Part shown: positions 60,008-64,000 of the stretch, one piece after another
Layout: each line of letters starts with the position of its first letter
Numbering within the stretch: the stretch's first letter is position 1
Origin: an uncultured Granulosicoccaceae bacterium
GTDB lineage: Bacteria > Pseudomonadota > Gammaproteobacteria > Granulosicoccales > Granulosicoccaceae
Reading direction: 5' to 3'
Length of the DNA stretch: 64,000 nt
Assembly (NCBI GenBank): GCA_964649465.1
Contig: CAZYRP010000002.1
Location: 354-64,353, forward strand
Position numbers and translations under genes: made by a program
Notes under the pieces: model-generated
The model's database searches: none
What the model saw: only the letters and a program-made list of their open reading frames with translations
Told to the model about the DNA's origin: nothing

Positions 60008-62254
60008 TCAGGATTTTGCGCGCCGTGCTCGATGCACCGCATAGAGGCTTCTGACTCTTTTAATCAGACGGCCAAGATGATTACGATCAGCCACACTGAT
60101 GGTGAAGTTTAAAATGCTGATCGTCTCGCTGCTGCGGTCAAAACGTATATCTTCGATGTTGGAGTCCATTTCCGACATCACATTGGCAATTTTTGCGAGA
60201 ACACCCGGTATATTATTGATTTCCACAATAACATTGGTCTGAAACGCACTGCGGGTATCTGTACCCCAAACTACGGCAACCCACTCTTTGGAGCGGCGTC
60301 TTTGACGACCAACATTCTGGCATTCAGTGCGATGTACCAGCACACCCTGACCGGCAGTGATCATCCCCTGAATGTTGTCACCCGGAATCGGCTGACAGCA
60401 CCTGGCAAGCGAAATAATGGCATCTTCTCCGCCTTCAACGATCAGCGGACCGGGATCTGATTCTTTATTTATTGCCACCCGGCGTTTAATCTCTGTATTT
60501 GGATCACCTTCGTTAAGCAACCAGGCCGCAACCATACTCGGTATATGGTTACCGAGACCAACTTCTTTATACAGTCCATCGAGATCTTCAAGCTCCATCT
60601 GCCTGAGCAATGAGTCAATCGCCTGTTGATCAATCTCATCAATGCTGGAGTTGTGGCGCATTAACGCGCGGCTGATTAGCGTGCTGCCAAAGCTAATGGT
60701 TTTGTCTTCACTCTGATGCTTAATGAAATTTCTAACCGCACTCCTGGCCTTTGGAGTGACTACAAAATTAAGCCAGTACGGACTAGGTTGTTGTATGTCA
60801 GAGCGAATAATCTCTACCGTCTGGCCAGACTCAAGCGGCATGCTCAACGACACCGGTTTGCGATCAACCTTGGCGGTCAGACAGCTGTTACCAATCTGTG
60901 AGTGCACCTGATAGGCAAAATCTACTGCTGTTGCACCCTGAGGTAATCGATAAATATCGCCCTCCGGGGAAAAGACATAAATTTCATCCGGGAAAAGATC
61001 GACCTTAACGTTCTCATAAAACTCCAGTGTGTCTTCACTGGTGTCATTGATATCAAGCAGATTAGTTAGCCACTGATGCGCGCGTTGCTGTGCACTATTC
61101 GACTGACCTTCCTTGTACATCCAATGTGCTGCCACCCCGGTTTCAGCAAAGCGATCCATTTCTTTAGTTCTTATTTGCACTTCTATCGGTACTGCTGCAG
61201 GGCTTAGCAACACTGTATGCAGAGACTGATAACCGTTACTTTTTGGAATAACGATATAGTCTTTAAATTGCTTGGGCAGTGGATTATGAACCTGATGCAT
61301 AATGCCAAGCGCGCGATAACATTCATCAACTGTGTCGACCACCACACGCACCGCAAACATGTCGAAGATATCCTCAAACGCGGAGCGTTTATTACGCATC
61401 TTCACATACAAACTATACAAGTGCTTTTCACGGCCATGGACCTCTGCCTCAATGCCCGCCTGTTCCAGCTTGGCCTTGGCGACAATTTCAAACTTCTGTA
61501 CCAGTTCGACTCGGTCCTTCTGGCGTTTGTTTACTGCCTCTGCCAATACCCTGTGGCGCAGCGGATACAAAGCTTTAAAGCCAAGATCCTCCAGTTCGTT
61601 TTTCATCCGGTAGATGCCAAGCCGGTTGGCAATCGGCGCATAGACTTCGAGTGTTTCCCGGGCAATGCGACGACGTTTGTCATCGGGCATCGCACCAAGT
61701 GTACGCATGTTGTGGATACGGTCAGCAAGTTTGATCAGAACGACGCGGATATCGTCAACCATTGCCAACAGCATCTTCTGAAAGTTGGCCGCCTGTGCCT
61801 CGGCACGCGACTTAAACTTTAAATGAGTCAGTTTGCTCAAGCCATCGACCAGCAGCGCCACGTCTTCACCGAACTGATCGGTGATCTGTTCGACAGACAC
61901 TGAAGTATCTTCCACAACATCATGCAGCAGTGCCGCCATGACACAGCGATGATCCATGTTCAGTTCGAATACAATTCTGGCCACTGCCAGCGGGTGGGAG
62001 ATATAGGGTTCACCGCTGACGCGGCTCTGGCCGGTATGCGCCCGCTCGGCGACTTCGTACGATGCACTGACTTCGTTTATCTGTGATTCGTCAAAGCGTC
62101 TGCGCATCAGCTTGCGGAGATCTTCTATGTCCGGGATCCTGCCTGACTCATTATTTGAATCATTGTTCAACCCGCTATGCGACCCGGCGCGCGCCCCAAT
62201 ATGAGGTTTAGCGGTTGTGTTCACTGTGGTCCGCGTCAGCGAGGGTACTGCCAC
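60008..62254 (-). CDS. spoT: Bifunctional (p)ppGpp synthetase/hydrolase SpoT
   Basis: HD domain (HPLAVARIV...LLHDVVEDT), RelA/SpoT synthetase domain, TGS and ACT domains. The stop is firm. The start is uncertain: GTG at 62254 or 62224, ATG at 62107, or ATG at 62323 overlapping rpoZ. Confidence 0.9.
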   Translation of the reverse strand: MAVPSLTRTTVNTTAKPHIGARAGSHSGLNNDSNNESGRIPDIEDLRKLMRRRFDESQINEVSASYEVAERAHTGQSRVSGEPYISHPLAVARIVFELNMDHRCVMAALLHDVVEDTSVSVEQITDQFGEDVALLVDGLSKLTHLKFKSRAEAQAANFQKMLLAMVDDIRVVLIKLADRIHNMRTLGAMPDDKRRRIARETLEVYAPIANRLGIYRMKNELEDLGFKALYPLRHRVLAEAVNKRQKDRVELVQKFEIVAKAKLEQAGIEAEVHGREKHLYSLYVKMRNKRSAFEDIFDMFAVRVVVDTVDECYRALGIMHQVHNPLPKQFKDYIVIPKSNGYQSLHTVLLSPAAVPIEVQIRTKEMDRFAETGVAAHWMYKEGQSNSAQQRAHQWLTNLLDINDTSEDTLEFYENVKVDLFPDEIYVFSPEGDIYRLPQGATAVDFAYQVHSQIGNSCLTAKVDRKPVSLSMPLESGQTVEIIRSDIQQPSPYWLNFVVTPKARSAVRNFIKHQSEDKTISFGSTLISRALMRHNSSIDEIDQQAIDSLLRQMELEDLDGLYKEVGLGNHIPSMVAAWLLNEGDPNTEIKRRVAINKESDPGPLIVEGGEDAIISLARCCQPIPGDNIQGMITAGQGVLVHRTECQNVGRQRRRSKEWVAVVWGTDTRSAFQTNVIVEINNIPGVLAKIANVMSEMDSNIEDIRFDRSSETISILNFTISVADRNHLGRLIKRVRSLYAVHRARRAKS

Positions 62255-62270
62255 GTTCAGTGAAGGTGTA

Positions 62271-62537
62271 TCAAATGCCCGTAGGGGTAATGGATGTGGG
62301 TTCTTCACTGGCCGTTTCCTCAACAGGCATTATCGGCGGCGTATCTTCCAGCATTTCCTTTTTGATTAGCCCTTGAGCGATTTCCCGCAGTGCGACAACG
62401 GTGGGCTTATCGTTTTCTACCGGAACAAGTGGCTCCGCGCCCAGCGAAATTTTGCGTGCACGCTTGGCAGCCTGCAACACAAGCTCAAAGCGATTATCAA
62501 CGTGTTCGAGGCAGTCTTCTACAGTTACTCGTGCCAA
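62271..62537 (-). CDS. rpoZ: DNA-directed RNA polymerase subunit omega
   Basis: [30 protein letters not shown], canonical omega. Confidence 0.95.
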   Translation of the reverse strand: MARVTVEDCLEHVDNRFELVLQAAKRARKISLGAEPLVPVENDKPTVVALREIAQGLIKKEMLEDTPPIMPVEETASEEPTSITPTGI

Positions 62538-62708
62538 GGTGTTCTCCGATCTTATACCTGAGGGGGTAATAAATTACTCTGGCGCAAATACCAGACGCGC
62601 TACCTAACATTCTAGTGACATTGAGTAAGAAAACAACTGCTTATCACAGTTATTAGGTCGGCTTTGGCAGGCTGGTGCCAGATGGAGCACTCAAAAACGG
62701 CTACTGAC

Positions 62709-63320
62709 TTAACTGAGCAGTTCCGACAGGGTTTGCGAGCGCTCTTCTGCCTGTCGATTCACTTCTACACGTTTGCTCAGAACGACAGCGCAGAGTTCAG
62801 TCACAGCCTGTTCAAAATCATCGTTAATTATCAGGTAGTCATAGTTCGAGAAATGCCTCATGTCAGACACCGCATCGGAGATTCGCCTCTCTATAACCTC
62901 TTCCGAATCACTGGCTCGCCCACGCAGCCGATGCTCGAGAGTTTCTCTTGAGGGTGGCACAATAAATATACTGCATGCTTCAGGCATAAGACGCCGCACC
63001 TGATCTGCACCTTGCCAATCAATTTCCAGCAGTACATCTTTGCCACTTGCAAGTGTCGCATTGACACTTTGATGCGAAGTACCGTAGTAATTATCAAAAA
63101 CCCTGGCATGCTCCAGAAACTCAGCGGACGCAATCATTTCGTGAAAAATAATTTCATCAACAAAGTGATAGTCAACACCATCACGGTCTTTGGGTCGCAG
63201 CGGACGCGTGGTGTGAGAGACAGAAACCACCAGATCATCTAATCGTGAACAGGCCTCACGCACCATACTGGTTTTTCCGGCTCCAGACGGAGCCGACAAG
63301 ATAAATAGCTGAGCCGTCAT
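62709..63320 (-). CDS. gmk: Guanylate kinase
   Basis: LFILSAPSGAGKTS P-loop, TTRPLRPKDRDGVDYHFV and conserved gmk-rpoZ-spoT order. The ATG at 63320 is preferred. Confidence 0.95.
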   Translation of the reverse strand: MTAQLFILSAPSGAGKTSMVREACSRLDDLVVSVSHTTRPLRPKDRDGVDYHFVDEIIFHEMIASAEFLEHARVFDNYYGTSHQSVNATLASGKDVLLEIDWQGADQVRRLMPEACSIFIVPPSRETLEHRLRGRASDSEEVIERRISDAVSDMRHFSNYDYLIINDDFEQAVTELCAVVLSKRVEVNRQAEERSQTLSELLS

Positions 63321-63442
63321 CGTTGCCTCAAGTGCCTGGTTCTTAACTTGTACCGAACGCATAGTTTAAACAAGGTTCGGTGCAATGTCTTTATTCGCAC
63401 AATTAGCGGGATCTGCCTAATAACAATGCAGCGGATACTGCA

Positions 63443-64000
63443 CTACGCTGCATTCATTGTCATGTACGAGTCGTAGGCATCAACATCAGATGCGATGAGC
63501 AATTCAACCAGACGGTCACTAATTGGCAAGCGCGTGGTTTGCTCGAAATGCATGAACATCGGATTGGCATCGACATCGATTACAGCAAATTCACCTTCCG
63601 GTGTAATTCTCATATTGACGGAACAGAAAACCAGATCAAGCGTTGCAGCCGCACGTATACAAGTGCGCTTGGCCTCCTGCGGCAGCTCAACAGGTCTGAC
63701 ATAGTCACCACCAAGCGTCCCGGTAAAGTCACCCTCAGCAGACTCAACAACACCGGCAAAAACGGAATCGCCAATTACATAAGCGCGCACTTCATCACCC
63801 GGGATGTTTTCCTGATACTCAACCGGTGTGCCTGGCAGATCTGAAATATGACGACCGATGTCATCAATCTGACCAACATTCCAATTCGAGTTGTTCCAGC
63901 CGGACGGCCGATAAAGCAACTTCTCTTCTGTCATGCTGAAAAACGCCTGCACACGTCGAAAATCGTTGCTGACGATTATTTCCGGAACTCTGATGCCCTG
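63443..64000 (-). CDS. ATP-grasp domain protein, C-terminal part (5' end lies outside the window)
   Basis: The reading frame stays open to base 64000 (QGIRVPEIIVSNDFRRVQAFF...). GDEVRAYVIG...FCSVNMRITPEGEFAVIDVDANP resembles an ATP-grasp C-terminal lobe. Confidence 0.55.
   Translation of the reverse strand, partial: QGIRVPEIIVSNDFRRVQAFFSMTEEKLLYRPSGWNNSNWNVGQIDDIGRHISDLPGTPVEYQENIPGDEVRAYVIGDSVFAGVVESAEGDFTGTLGGDYVRPVELPQEAKRTCIRAAATLDLVFCSVNMRITPEGEFAVIDVDANPMFMHFEQTTRLPISDRLVELLIASDVDAYDSYMTMNAA

Noticed and set aside
61217-61822. 201-aa plus-strand ORF.
   Set aside because: It is antisense to the RelA/SpoT synthetase domain of spoT.

Overview
Dense core-chromosome segment of a gammaproteobacterium. 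The taxon is an inference from gene order, which matches Pseudomonadales/Cellvibrionales-type genomes: argB-algC-dut-coaBC next to radC, rpsT next to murJ-ribF-ileS-lspA-ispH, and gmk-rpoZ-spoT-ridA-recG. I call about 63 protein genes. By eye I found no rRNA, tRNA, CRISPR array, transposase, integrase or phage genes. Most of the window is housekeeping: translation (rpmA, rpsT, ileS, obg, rluE), isoprenoid/quinone synthesis (ispB, ispH, ubiA), envelope (murJ, lspA, several OmpA-family proteins), nucleotide/cofactor metabolism (dut, coaBC, ribF, gmk, cysQ, nudC) and the stringent response (spoT, rpoZ). The less ordinary items are: (1) a translationally coupled pair of large P-loop GTPases directly behind ubiA, one with a C-terminal membrane hairpin, which I read as a dynamin-like pair of unknown function. 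(2) A type II secretion half-operon (gspG-N only, no gspCDEF) sitting divergently next to a rhombosortase gene, with two candidate GlyGly-CTERM cargo proteins in the window (a thrombospondin-type-3 repeat protein and a reprolysin-like metalloprotease). (3) A REC-REC-GGDEF protein with a degenerate active site but an intact RxxD I-site. (4) rpmA without its universal partner rplU. (5) A 3 x 15-nt tandem repeat forming a mini-ORF whose stop overlaps the ribF GTG start. (6) An orphan promoter-plus-terminator unit that could be a small RNA. (7) An unlisted 59-codon zinc-ribbon ORF. Other synteny differences are minor: no fkpB between lspA and ispH, ridA in place of trmH, and no ubiC next to ubiA. 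All functional calls rest on motif and family recognition by eye, because no searches could be run.
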